DNA from: Desulfocapsa sulfexigens DSM 10523
GTDB taxonomy: Bacteria > Desulfobacterota > Desulfobulbia > Desulfobulbales > Desulfocapsaceae
Direction: 5' to 3'
Assembly: GCF_000341395.1 (NCBI RefSeq)
Contig: NC_020304.1
Span: forward strand, 720,001 to 752,000
Length of the DNA: 32,000 bases
In this document: positions 1-7,805 of the stretch, one piece after another
Layout: each line of letters starts with the position of its first letter
Numbering within the stretch: position 1 is the first letter of the stretch
Translations under genes and position numbers: made by a program
The notes under the pieces: generated by a model
Told to the model about the DNA's origin: nothing
The model's input: only the letters and a program-made list of their open reading frames with translations
Database searches by the model: none

Positions 1-993
1 ATACGGACAAGCAAAGAGCTCACTGAAATGGCAAATGCGCTCAACACCATGGTTGACCACATTCGGGAACGTGCCAGTCAAGCTGAGGCCATTGCCGGAG
101 GAAACCTTGCAGTAGAGATCAAAGTACACTCCGACAACGATACCCTTGGAAAGTCGCTCACCGCCATCACTGATAATATCAGCGCCATTATCAGTGAAAT
201 AAGTGACAACGCAGATAATCTTTTAAAAACATCCCAGGAAGTAACCGAGCTTTCAGACGACCTGGAGATCACTTCCACCATTATAGAACGTCGTGCCCAG
301 GAAATGGGACACTCCTTTGAATCGGTCACCGACAACCTCCAGGTCGTAACAGATGGAACGGAGAGGATGTCTCTCTCCATCCGGGAGATCAACGAAAACA
401 CAGCAGCCAGTAACCAGACCACCGAAGAGGCAAAACAAGCCGCCCTTGAATCCTCTGCCATCATTCAACAACTTAATGAAGTGGTAATCAGCATCGGTAA
501 GGCGAATCAGGCAATCACAGAATTTGCTGACCAGACCAACCTTCTTGCCCTGAACGCCACCATCGAGGCTGCCCGCGCAGGAGATGCAGGTAAAGGATTT
601 GCCGTGGTTGCCTCGGAGGTAAAAGATCTTGCAAGCCAGAGCATGAGAACGGCAAAAAATATTCATGGAAACGTCAACGATATCCAGAAATTCACAGTAC
701 AGGCAGTAAATTCTGCCGAAAAGATATCAAATGTAATTGCACTCGTTAGAGAATCCTCACTGGTCATCACGAAAGCAGTCAACGAACAGGCCACAGTGGC
801 TGACAATATCACCAACAGCACCAGCAGTGCTTACAAAACAACCACTGGATTTTCTAAAAATATAGAAGATATCAGCAATTCAGCAACGGTTACCAGCGAG
901 ACGATGGTGGCTCTGAACAGTTCCGCACAACAACTGGAATCAGTCGCCACCACACTTCGTAACAGAGTGGAATCATTCACCTTAAAAGGATGA
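1..993 (+). CDS. Methyl-accepting chemotaxis protein, C-terminal portion (5' end lies outside the window)
   Basis: Frame 1 is open from nt 1 ([17 protein letters not shown], end of a HAMP linker), so the ATG at 28 is internal. Canonical MCP signalling hairpin [34 protein letters not shown]. Stop at 991-993. Confidence 0.9.
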   Translation: MRTSKELTEMANALNTMVDHIRERASQAEAIAGGNLAVEIKVHSDNDTLGKSLTAITDNISAIISEISDNADNLLKTSQEVTELSDDLEITSTIIERRAQEMGHSFESVTDNLQVVTDGTERMSLSIREINENTAASNQTTEEAKQAALESSAIIQQLNEVVISIGKANQAITEFADQTNLLALNATIEAARAGDAGKGFAVVASEVKDLASQSMRTAKNIHGNVNDIQKFTVQAVNSAEKISNVIALVRESSLVITKAVNEQATVADNITNSTSSAYKTTTGFSKNIEDISNSATVTSETMVALNSSAQQLESVATTLRNRVESFTLKG

Positions 994-1019
994 TAAACAA
1001 TTAATTCAAGGAGATCTCT

Positions 1020-1592
1020 ATGACCAGGACACTATGTAGACCCGTATTCATCTTAGCTTTGACATTCTTCTGCTTCTCACTTGCCACACCTCTCATTGCT
1101 GCAGAAGTAGGCAAAGGGAAAATACCTGAAGATCAACTTGCAAAATCCTATAAGAAACTTGACTGGGGTGTTGCTATCTGGGACACCGACGAAGCTGTGG
1201 CCAATCTGCAAAAGGGAGAAAATACACTCTGGGTGGATACACGTCCGGAAAGCTTCTTTAAAAAAGGTACTGTAAATGATGCCGTTTTACTCATTTACAA
1301 CAAAAAAGGAATGGAAGAAAATACACTCACCCCGGAATCACTGGAAAAGGCTCTTGCCGATAAGGGGCTTGCCAAGGATCAGGCAACCATCGTGTTTTTC
1401 TGTCAGGGACCTAAATGTCACCGCAGCTATAACGCCAGTTTTGCTGCTGTTACCGAATGGGGTTATTCTCCCGAGCAGATTGTATGGAACCGCGAAGGCT
1501 ATCCCTTCCTCTTCAAAAAAGTACAGGAAGATGCCAAACTGAAGCGTAAAGCAAAACGCTATATCAGTGACGCCGGTGTGAAGCAACTGTAA
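1020..1592 (+). CDS. Secreted rhodanese-like (sulfurtransferase fold) domain protein
   Basis: AAGGAG lies 6 nt upstream of the ATG. N-terminal signal peptide (MTRTLCRPVFILALTFFCFSLATPLIAAEV). Rhodanese-type core WVDTRPESFFKKGTV...IVFFCQGPKCHRS with a Cys-containing active-site loop. Confidence 0.7.
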   Translation: MTRTLCRPVFILALTFFCFSLATPLIAAEVGKGKIPEDQLAKSYKKLDWGVAIWDTDEAVANLQKGENTLWVDTRPESFFKKGTVNDAVLLIYNKKGMEENTLTPESLEKALADKGLAKDQATIVFFCQGPKCHRSYNASFAAVTEWGYSPEQIVWNREGYPFLFKKVQEDAKLKRKAKRYISDAGVKQL

Positions 1593-1620
1593 AATTCAAT
1601 CCTCTCAAAAGAAAAAACCA

Positions 1621-1657
1621 AAACGGCGCTCTCATCTATCTGATGAGAACGCCGTTT
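1621..1657 (+). terminator. Rho-independent terminator after the rhodanese gene
   Basis: AAACGGCGCTCTCATC / GATGAGAACGCCGTTT forms a 16-bp stem with one mismatch and a 5-nt loop, running into TTTT. It begins 29 nt after the stop codon. Confidence 0.75.
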
Positions 1658-1770
1658 TACTGTCCGGTTCAAAGAGCAAATTTTTCCAAAATCGAGTATC
1701 GTTTCGGAAAATTAAAACGTATCCGGCATGCCGGGTCACATACAGAAGTACTCTTTCTTCCGGACAGCCT

Positions 1771-2829
1771 GTGGCCGATATTCCTTACAAAAACAACTTT
1801 GATCTTTTGCGTCTGATACTGGCCTTTAGTGTTTGTCTGGCCCATATTGGAGCGGTAAGTGGCATCCAGGCTTTTTTCCCGCTGGGGGATTTTTTCAATT
1901 CTTCAATTGCGGTGGATTGTTTTTTTGTGGTCAGTGGTTTTCTTATCTTCAGAAGCTATAATCGTTCTTCACGCCTTCTTTCCTACTTCAACAAACGTCT
2001 TCGCCGTATTTATCCAGCATACCTGACAGTTGTTCTCCTTGCGGCCATTTTCCTGCCGCTGCTTATACGTCCAGATACAAACCTGATATTTTCTACCGAA
2101 TGGTTCCGTTATCTTTTTTCCAATCTGATTTTTTTAAATTTTCTGCAACCCCATCTCAGTGGAATCTTTTCAGCCAACCCTCTCTCTGTTATCAATGCTC
2201 CGCTCTGGACAATTAAAATTGAGGTACTATTTTATCTCTCTGTGCCACTCATCTTTTTTCTTTTCCGGGACAAAAAGAAATGGCTGATTCTCGTGTTACT
2301 CTATGGTGCTTCAGTCTCGTATTCACTCTTTTTAATACACCTCTACCTCAACACTGGAACCGATCTCTATCTCAGACTTGAAAAACAACTTCCAGGGCAA
2401 CTTGCATTCTTTCTAAGTGGCGGTGGACTCTACATCTACTTCTCCTTTTTTAGAAACCATTACTTGAAACTACTGCTGCCTTCTCTGCTCTTTCTCACTT
2501 TCAAGGGCAGCACCTTTATTCCTGGGATTTACCCTTTTTACCCTCTTGCACTAGCGGTCACAGTGATATCTTTTGCTCTCATCTTTCCATATCTGGGCAA
2601 CTGGGGAAAGTATGGAGATATTTCCTATGGTGTATATATATATCACTTTCCCATCCTGCAGATTTTCACTTTTTTTGGGCTCCTCAGAGAACATCCCTGG
2701 ATCGGCTTCACTTTTTTTATCCTCTCCGTTCTTATGACTTCGGCGTGTTCCTATCACTTTATCGAGCGCCCTTTTCTCCGTAAAAGCTCGCACTACAGAA
2801 AGGCAGCTGAGGAGAGCTCCCCCCAATGA
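1771..2829 (+). CDS. Acyltransferase family 3 (OafA/YrhL-like membrane O-acyltransferase)
   Basis: Polytopic, F/L-rich 352-aa protein. N-terminus NNFDLLRLILAFSVCLAHI and the VDCFFVVSGFLI motif are typical of acyltransferase_3. GTG start. The stop overlaps the next start (ATGA). Confidence 0.8.
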   Translation: MADIPYKNNFDLLRLILAFSVCLAHIGAVSGIQAFFPLGDFFNSSIAVDCFFVVSGFLIFRSYNRSSRLLSYFNKRLRRIYPAYLTVVLLAAIFLPLLIRPDTNLIFSTEWFRYLFSNLIFLNFLQPHLSGIFSANPLSVINAPLWTIKIEVLFYLSVPLIFFLFRDKKKWLILVLLYGASVSYSLFLIHLYLNTGTDLYLRLEKQLPGQLAFFLSGGGLYIYFSFFRNHYLKLLLPSLLFLTFKGSTFIPGIYPFYPLALAVTVISFALIFPYLGNWGKYGDISYGVYIYHFPILQIFTFFGLLREHPWIGFTFFILSVLMTSACSYHFIERPFLRKSSHYRKAAEESSPQ

Positions 2830-3908
2830 GTGTTCTGAAACCACCCGAAAATATCATCAGACGCTTCTGTTCTCACGCAGAGAGTGCCGAGATAACCACT
2901 CTTGGCCAGGGAAATATTAACGATACTTTTTTGGTACATGCAAAAGAGAAATCCTTTGTCCTGCAGCGAATCAACACTCAAGTCTTCCCTGATCCTCAGA
3001 TCCTGATCGACAATCTTCACCATTTGAGTCAACACCTGTCTTCACTCAAGGCCACGACGAAACAGCGCTGGGAAGATGCCACGCTTATTCCTGCACTGGA
3101 TGGCTCCTCCTCTGTCTGTGACCGAGAAGGATCAATATGGCGTGCCCTTACCTACGTTGAAGGCAGTATCTGTTTTTCCCATGCAACAACACTGCTCCAG
3201 GCAGAACAGACAGGGTGGGCCCTTGGACATTTCCACAAACGACTTATTGGGCTTGATGCTGAGAAAATGAAGATTCCATTACCGGGATTCCACTGTCTTG
3301 GAAACTATCTGGAACAGTACGAAAGACTCAAAGGAGAAAGGAGAGAGGGCAACTCTCCAGAAATAGCATTTTGCCAACAGATCATACAAGATCAACGGGA
3401 AGGTGCACTGATTCTGGAAAAAACAGTTTCCAAAAAGAAATACCCAGCCAGACTCAGCCATGGTGATCCTAAAATTGCCAATGTTCTTTTCGACAAACAA
3501 AATAGTCTTGCAATCAGTCTTATCGATCTGGATACCGTGGGCCCTGGACTTCTGCAGCATGATATTGGAGATTGCCTCCGTTCCGTCTGCAACAGGGGTG
3601 GAGAAGAGAGTAGTGACAAAGCTACCTTTGATCTAACGTTCTGTGAAGCAACCCTGAGTGGATATTTCAAAGCGGCCGAAGCGTTTCTGTTGTCGGGCGA
3701 AAGTGAATTGATCTACAACGGGATACAGGCCATCACCTACGAACTGGGACTGCGGTTCTTTACGGACTATTTACGGGGAGGCCTCTATTTTAAGAGTAAC
3801 ACCCCGGAAGATACTCTTCGTAAAGCCCAAGTACAGTTCACTCTACTGCTGGACATTATTGCCAAAGAGGACACCATCCGAAAACTGACCCTGCAACTCA
3901 GCAAATAA
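2826..3908 (+). CDS. Phosphotransferase family protein (APH/choline-kinase-like small-molecule kinase fold)
   Basis: Catalytic loop HGDPKIANVLFD and metal-binding LIDLDTVG motifs. N-terminal nucleotide-binding lobe (GQGNINDTFLV...FVLQRIN). 4-nt ATGA overlap with the upstream acyltransferase. Confidence 0.75.
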   Translation: MSVLKPPENIIRRFCSHAESAEITTLGQGNINDTFLVHAKEKSFVLQRINTQVFPDPQILIDNLHHLSQHLSSLKATTKQRWEDATLIPALDGSSSVCDREGSIWRALTYVEGSICFSHATTLLQAEQTGWALGHFHKRLIGLDAEKMKIPLPGFHCLGNYLEQYERLKGERREGNSPEIAFCQQIIQDQREGALILEKTVSKKKYPARLSHGDPKIANVLFDKQNSLAISLIDLDTVGPGLLQHDIGDCLRSVCNRGGEESSDKATFDLTFCEATLSGYFKAAEAFLLSGESELIYNGIQAITYELGLRFFTDYLRGGLYFKSNTPEDTLRKAQVQFTLLLDIIAKEDTIRKLTLQLSK

Positions 3909-3919
3909 CAATAGCTTTT

Positions 3920-5332
3920 CTATTGAAAGAGTAGCATGACATTAAGACTGGGGATATGCCACCCTGTTGACATTAAATAAATATAGATTCCAAACAGAAA
4001 AAAATACCCCACCTGAATAAAACGATACTGCCACCAGGCAATAACCCCCTCGAATTCCTCCTCATAAAACTTATCGAGTATGTACAATCCGGCAAGTTCA
4101 CTTACAAACATAATGGCAAGACCATAGGCAGGGTACACCCATTCCGGGACAGCGACTGTCAACGATTCCAATGCTTTTACTCCGAATTGCCTTCCAAAGG
4201 TCGGGAGAAAATCCGTAAAATTTCTGACCGTAAAGTTCAGTCTGCTTACCAATTCACCTCCAAAGGCAAGGGGCAGCAGAATTGGTACCATGGGAGAAAA
4301 ACGTCCCATTATTTCATCATTAAACACCCCGAACATGAGGTCACCATAGATGATAACAACATAAAGAATACTGAATCCGAGAAATAGTGGAACTGCGTAC
4401 AACCCCATCTGACAAACCCAACCATTCATGCAGGCTGATTGGATATTTTCCATTAAATTAAAAATATTCTGATCCAGCAAACGGGCAAGCTGAGATCCCA
4501 TAAGAAAAGGGATCATCAGGGTACAGCTTATAAGTCTTCCTTTTCGTATGATAAGTTCGGACAGTGGATGACGTATATTCAATTGCGGGGAGTTATGGTC
4601 ACAGAGGTGCATACAACGTCCACAGACAAGACATTCCAAATTATTAGTCACTTTATACGCGCCCAAAGAAACCGGGCAGCCAGGTTCCATCTCTGTTCCC
4701 CTGTTACAGGCAAATGTTGTACATTGTCTGCATGCACTGTGATCTGGCCTGAATTCAATCAACGAAATTGACGCCCCTATCCCCATTAACCGTCCCAGCG
4801 GACAGAAATATTGGCACCAGGCCTGTTTTGAGAACAGCATTGCACAGAAGGTTGCTCCGCCCAATATAATGAGAAGCAGCCAGGTGGTTTCTTTTGGGCT
4901 GTCCTTCATTCCAGTGGCCTCTTCCACCCAGATAATCGCCATAAAGAAACAAACTGAAATGGTGACACTGTTTTTTATCAGTATCTTTGGAACTTTTTTT
5001 TCAAGAGAAAGATGCCAGGTCTGAAGAAATTTACCGGCCACTGGAAAAGGGCAAACCCCACACCACAATCTGCCGACAAAAAAGAGGCTCAATATGACTG
5101 ATGGCCACCACACCCCCCAGCAAAGATACAGTATGATGTTGCTTCCGGGTGCTTGAGGTCCAAAAAGCCCGGAAAGAATCAAAACAAGAAAAAGTACAAC
5201 AAGGAATGTCTGCCAGATATGATGGAACCGCTGATTATAAAAGAGTCTCTGTAACCAGGGGAAAGTCTTGAAAAGATCGCATTTTTGTCCAGGGTCAGAG
5301 AACAACTTTGAGCACAAATTGAAAATATTCAA
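3920..5332 (-). CDS. NapH/MauN/CcoG-like polytopic membrane 4Fe-4S protein
   Basis: Two membrane-proximal CxxCP motifs (WCGVCPFP, WCQYFCPLG). They are followed by two ferredoxin-type Cys clusters (CRQCTTFAC..CP and CLVCGRCMHLC) and further C-terminal TM helices. The only start for the full ORF is TTG at 5332, 2 nt after the upstream stop. Confidence 0.75.
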   Translation of the reverse strand: MNIFNLCSKLFSDPGQKCDLFKTFPWLQRLFYNQRFHHIWQTFLVVLFLVLILSGLFGPQAPGSNIILYLCWGVWWPSVILSLFFVGRLWCGVCPFPVAGKFLQTWHLSLEKKVPKILIKNSVTISVCFFMAIIWVEEATGMKDSPKETTWLLLIILGGATFCAMLFSKQAWCQYFCPLGRLMGIGASISLIEFRPDHSACRQCTTFACNRGTEMEPGCPVSLGAYKVTNNLECLVCGRCMHLCDHNSPQLNIRHPLSELIIRKGRLISCTLMIPFLMGSQLARLLDQNIFNLMENIQSACMNGWVCQMGLYAVPLFLGFSILYVVIIYGDLMFGVFNDEIMGRFSPMVPILLPLAFGGELVSRLNFTVRNFTDFLPTFGRQFGVKALESLTVAVPEWVYPAYGLAIMFVSELAGLYILDKFYEEEFEGVIAWWQYRFIQVGYFFLFGIYIYLMSTGWHIPSLNVMLLFQ

Positions 5333-5334
5333 TT

Positions 5335-5937
5335 TTATTTCGCCTTACTTCTCACCGAAAGACAGCGCTTTTTAATCTGAAAACCGACTATCAAAGAAGC
5401 AATATAACTCAACAAAAAGAGCAGAGTGACAGAAACACCCTCCATACCAAATGGTTTGGAAGGAAGAAGAAAGAGATAGGCTTGTCCAGAAACTACGGGC
5501 AACACGTGTTCGTCCAGACTGCTGTTAAGCCAGGCCATAACCAGAAAAAGAGGCAAGAGATAAATCAGGACGTAGCGGAAGTAATGCTGAGCGAGATAGG
5601 TATTAAAATCTTCATCAATGGATTGATCGGCAGAGGTGTAAAGGGCATCTCTACTTCTTGGGTCCGGAATAATGGCGATGGTATCCCTTTCCGCCTTCTG
5701 GACAGTAAATTTCTCACGAAATGCTTTCTCCCTGACCTCGACTTTCAGCCACCTTCGGAGACAAAAGGCAAAGCCAACCGTGCAGATTGCAACAATAACA
5801 ACTTGCCCACTCGGAGGCAAAGAGAGAGCAGACAAACTATCCAGGAAAAAGAAATCGAAGACGTCCCTGACGCCAAGAAACAGCGGTTGCAGCATTCCAT
5901 AATAAATGAAATCAAGAATGGTGTTTACTACCTGCAT
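5335..5937 (-). CDS. Hypothetical integral membrane protein (about 3-4 TM helices with a charged helical segment after TM1)
   Basis: Hydrophobic segments VVIVAICTVGFAFCL, YVLIYLLPLFLVMAWL and VTLLFLLSYIASLIVGF. Same strand as, and 2 nt from, the downstream gene. No recognisable family. No obvious SD at the ATG. Confidence 0.5.
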   Translation of the reverse strand: MQVVNTILDFIYYGMLQPLFLGVRDVFDFFFLDSLSALSLPPSGQVVIVAICTVGFAFCLRRWLKVEVREKAFREKFTVQKAERDTIAIIPDPRSRDALYTSADQSIDEDFNTYLAQHYFRYVLIYLLPLFLVMAWLNSSLDEHVLPVVSGQAYLFLLPSKPFGMEGVSVTLLFLLSYIASLIVGFQIKKRCLSVRSKAK

Positions 5938-6029
5938 AGAAGAAAATTACATTTAATACGAAAATTTAAGCGCATGCCATAAACCAATAATGGAGTGAAA
6001 GTTTCCCCACCCCATTATCAGCTCTGTCC

Positions 6030-6058
6030 ATTATACCATTAGCGGCATCTACCACTAA
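6030..6058 (-). promoter_or_regulatory. Possible sigma-70 promoter (TTAGTG-17 nt-TATAAT) inside the 133-nt gap
   Basis: Minus strand reads TTAGTG (6058-6053), a 17-nt spacer, then TATAAT (6035-6030), upstream of the gene starting at 5937. Sequence match only. Confidence 0.3.
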
Positions 6059-6070
6059 GATATCTACATA

Positions 6071-7762
6071 TTAACGCATGAACCAAAGAAGTCCGGTATA
6101 CTGCATGAAGGTTAGAACTAAGGCGCCAGCAAGCAGCCGTTTGAGCAGAATCTCTGGCATTTTTTTCTGCAGTTTCGGACCAACCACACCACCACACATG
6201 GCACCAGCTGCGATAAGGGCTGCCATGATCCAGTCAGGCTGGTAGCCCATCATGACATATTTTGCAATACCACCAACCGAGGTGGAAAAAGCTCCAGCGA
6301 GTGCAATGGGCACTGCCAGATACATTGGATATCCTACCATTGTTGTCATAAAAGGCATAAACATAAAACCACCACCTACACCAAAGGAAGAGGCTATAAT
6401 TCCCATGACAACACCACCTAACAGCATCAACAGTGGCTTGGCCAAAAAGGTTTCACCCCAAAAGCGCATCTCAAATTTAATGGGATGAAACTTATCAAAT
6501 TCAATGGAACCCAGCTGCATGGCTTTGCCGGACTCTTTGGCTTCTTTTACCGCCGCATTAAATTTCTGGACAATGGCCTTCATTGCCTTTTTCTTCTCAA
6601 TGGAACTGGGCAATGACTCAACATATAATTTAATACCTATAACCAGACAGATTAAGCCGAGATAGAATTTAAAAGCAGCAAGATTCAGATATTTTGCTGA
6701 AAGTGGGGGACCAATAAAGAAAGCACCAATCACGATACCAATGGCAAATGGAATAGCCACGGGATAGGCAAACCGTTTTTCTTTGAGATAACTGAGCAAT
6801 CCACTGATGGGAGAACAAAGAGTAAGAAACAGGTTTGTGGGCTTAATGGTATTACCGGCGTTAATACCGATGGGACCATTGGTTCCAATAGCGGTAATCT
6901 GAAATGCCGCAGTAAACAGACCACCGGCTGCTCCCATAATAACAAAAAGAACACCGATAACAAAGGCACCACCAAAAACTACCAGCGGATTCATGTAAAC
7001 ATTACCTGTCTTAAAGAAAAATCCTGATTTCTCAATACTGAATGTATCAACCTTCGTCCCGTTCACATAGACGGCCATCACTGTATCGGGATAGAGATTT
7101 TTGTAGGGAGACATGGAGACGGAAAATTTTCCGGTGGCCTTGTCAAGACTTACCGAAACGCCGGTATTCCAAACCTCAGCCACAGTAGCATAATCACCCA
7201 GAACCATCCGGGCATTCCCACCAGTACTTGGCTTTTCTTTCACGATGGTATTCATCCCAAATCTATCCTCATGGGCGTAGGTCACCATCTTCCATTGCTC
7301 TTCAGTTGTTACAGAACCCAACATAGTCCGTATGGACGGATCAATATCAGTCCATGCTTTAATCTTGTTTACCCTGACATCGTACTTGAATGGTGGAAAA
7401 GCAAATATGCCAGAAGTCTGCCCTTTCGGTGAAACTTTAGGGGTTGCCAATGCTTCGGGATTACTGGTGACAATATAATACGATGGCGGGATAGCAGTTT
7501 CACCAAAAACGTTCTTCCCATCCTTCCCCTCCATCAGACGCTTCCTTTCTTTGGGCCCCGGAGCATCCTTTGCCGAAAACAGCTTATCCGTAGCAATGAC
7601 AACAAAAAGTTCCTGACCCGGATCGATATTTCCGGTAACTCCAATGGCGTCTCCTGCCGTAACCTTTTTCGTGCTTAAGGTGCCATCAACTGCCATGGCA
7701 TTGCCACTCACAAAGGCCATACCTACGACGAGGACAACTAAAAGTAATAAAATTCGCTTCAT
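6071..7762 (-). CDS. TauE/SafE (DUF81) family anion permease with a ~240-aa N-terminal periplasmic domain
   Basis: Strong SD (AAGGAGGGAG) before the ATG. Signal peptide MKRILLLLVVLVVGMAFVSGNAMA, then a hydrophilic beta-rich domain of unknown family. Gly-rich TM repeats (IMGAAGGLFTAAF..., SSFGVGGGFMFMPFM) typical of TauE/SafE, split by a charged cytoplasmic loop. Confidence 0.7.
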   Translation of the reverse strand: MKRILLLLVVLVVGMAFVSGNAMAVDGTLSTKKVTAGDAIGVTGNIDPGQELFVVIATDKLFSAKDAPGPKERKRLMEGKDGKNVFGETAIPPSYYIVTSNPEALATPKVSPKGQTSGIFAFPPFKYDVRVNKIKAWTDIDPSIRTMLGSVTTEEQWKMVTYAHEDRFGMNTIVKEKPSTGGNARMVLGDYATVAEVWNTGVSVSLDKATGKFSVSMSPYKNLYPDTVMAVYVNGTKVDTFSIEKSGFFFKTGNVYMNPLVVFGGAFVIGVLFVIMGAAGGLFTAAFQITAIGTNGPIGINAGNTIKPTNLFLTLCSPISGLLSYLKEKRFAYPVAIPFAIGIVIGAFFIGPPLSAKYLNLAAFKFYLGLICLVIGIKLYVESLPSSIEKKKAMKAIVQKFNAAVKEAKESGKAMQLGSIEFDKFHPIKFEMRFWGETFLAKPLLMLLGGVVMGIIASSFGVGGGFMFMPFMTTMVGYPMYLAVPIALAGAFSTSVGGIAKYVMMGYQPDWIMAALIAAGAMCGGVVGPKLQKKMPEILLKRLLAGALVLTFMQYTGLLWFMR

Positions 7763-7805
7763 ACTCCCTCCTTTTTTTGTTATCGAGCCAACAAACAGTA
7801 ATAAA

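Noticed and set aside
78-666. Minus-strand ORFs 78..464 and 253..666 (128 and 137 aa)
   Set aside because: They are entirely antisense to the strongly supported MCP signalling domain. Their products are low-complexity (S/R/C-rich), with no motifs and no start context.
3909-3925. CAATAG-cttt t-CTATTG hairpin between the convergent kinase and FeS-protein genes as a bidirectional terminator
   Set aside because: It has only 6 A/T-rich base pairs and no flanking U-run, so it is too weak to call.
5482-5982. Plus-strand ORF 5482..5982 (166 aa) opposite the 200-aa membrane protein gene
   Set aside because: It would be the only plus-strand gene inside a 16-kb minus-strand block. Its product is basic and low-complexity, with no motif. 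The minus-strand ORF has clear TM helices and a 2-nt junction with the next gene.
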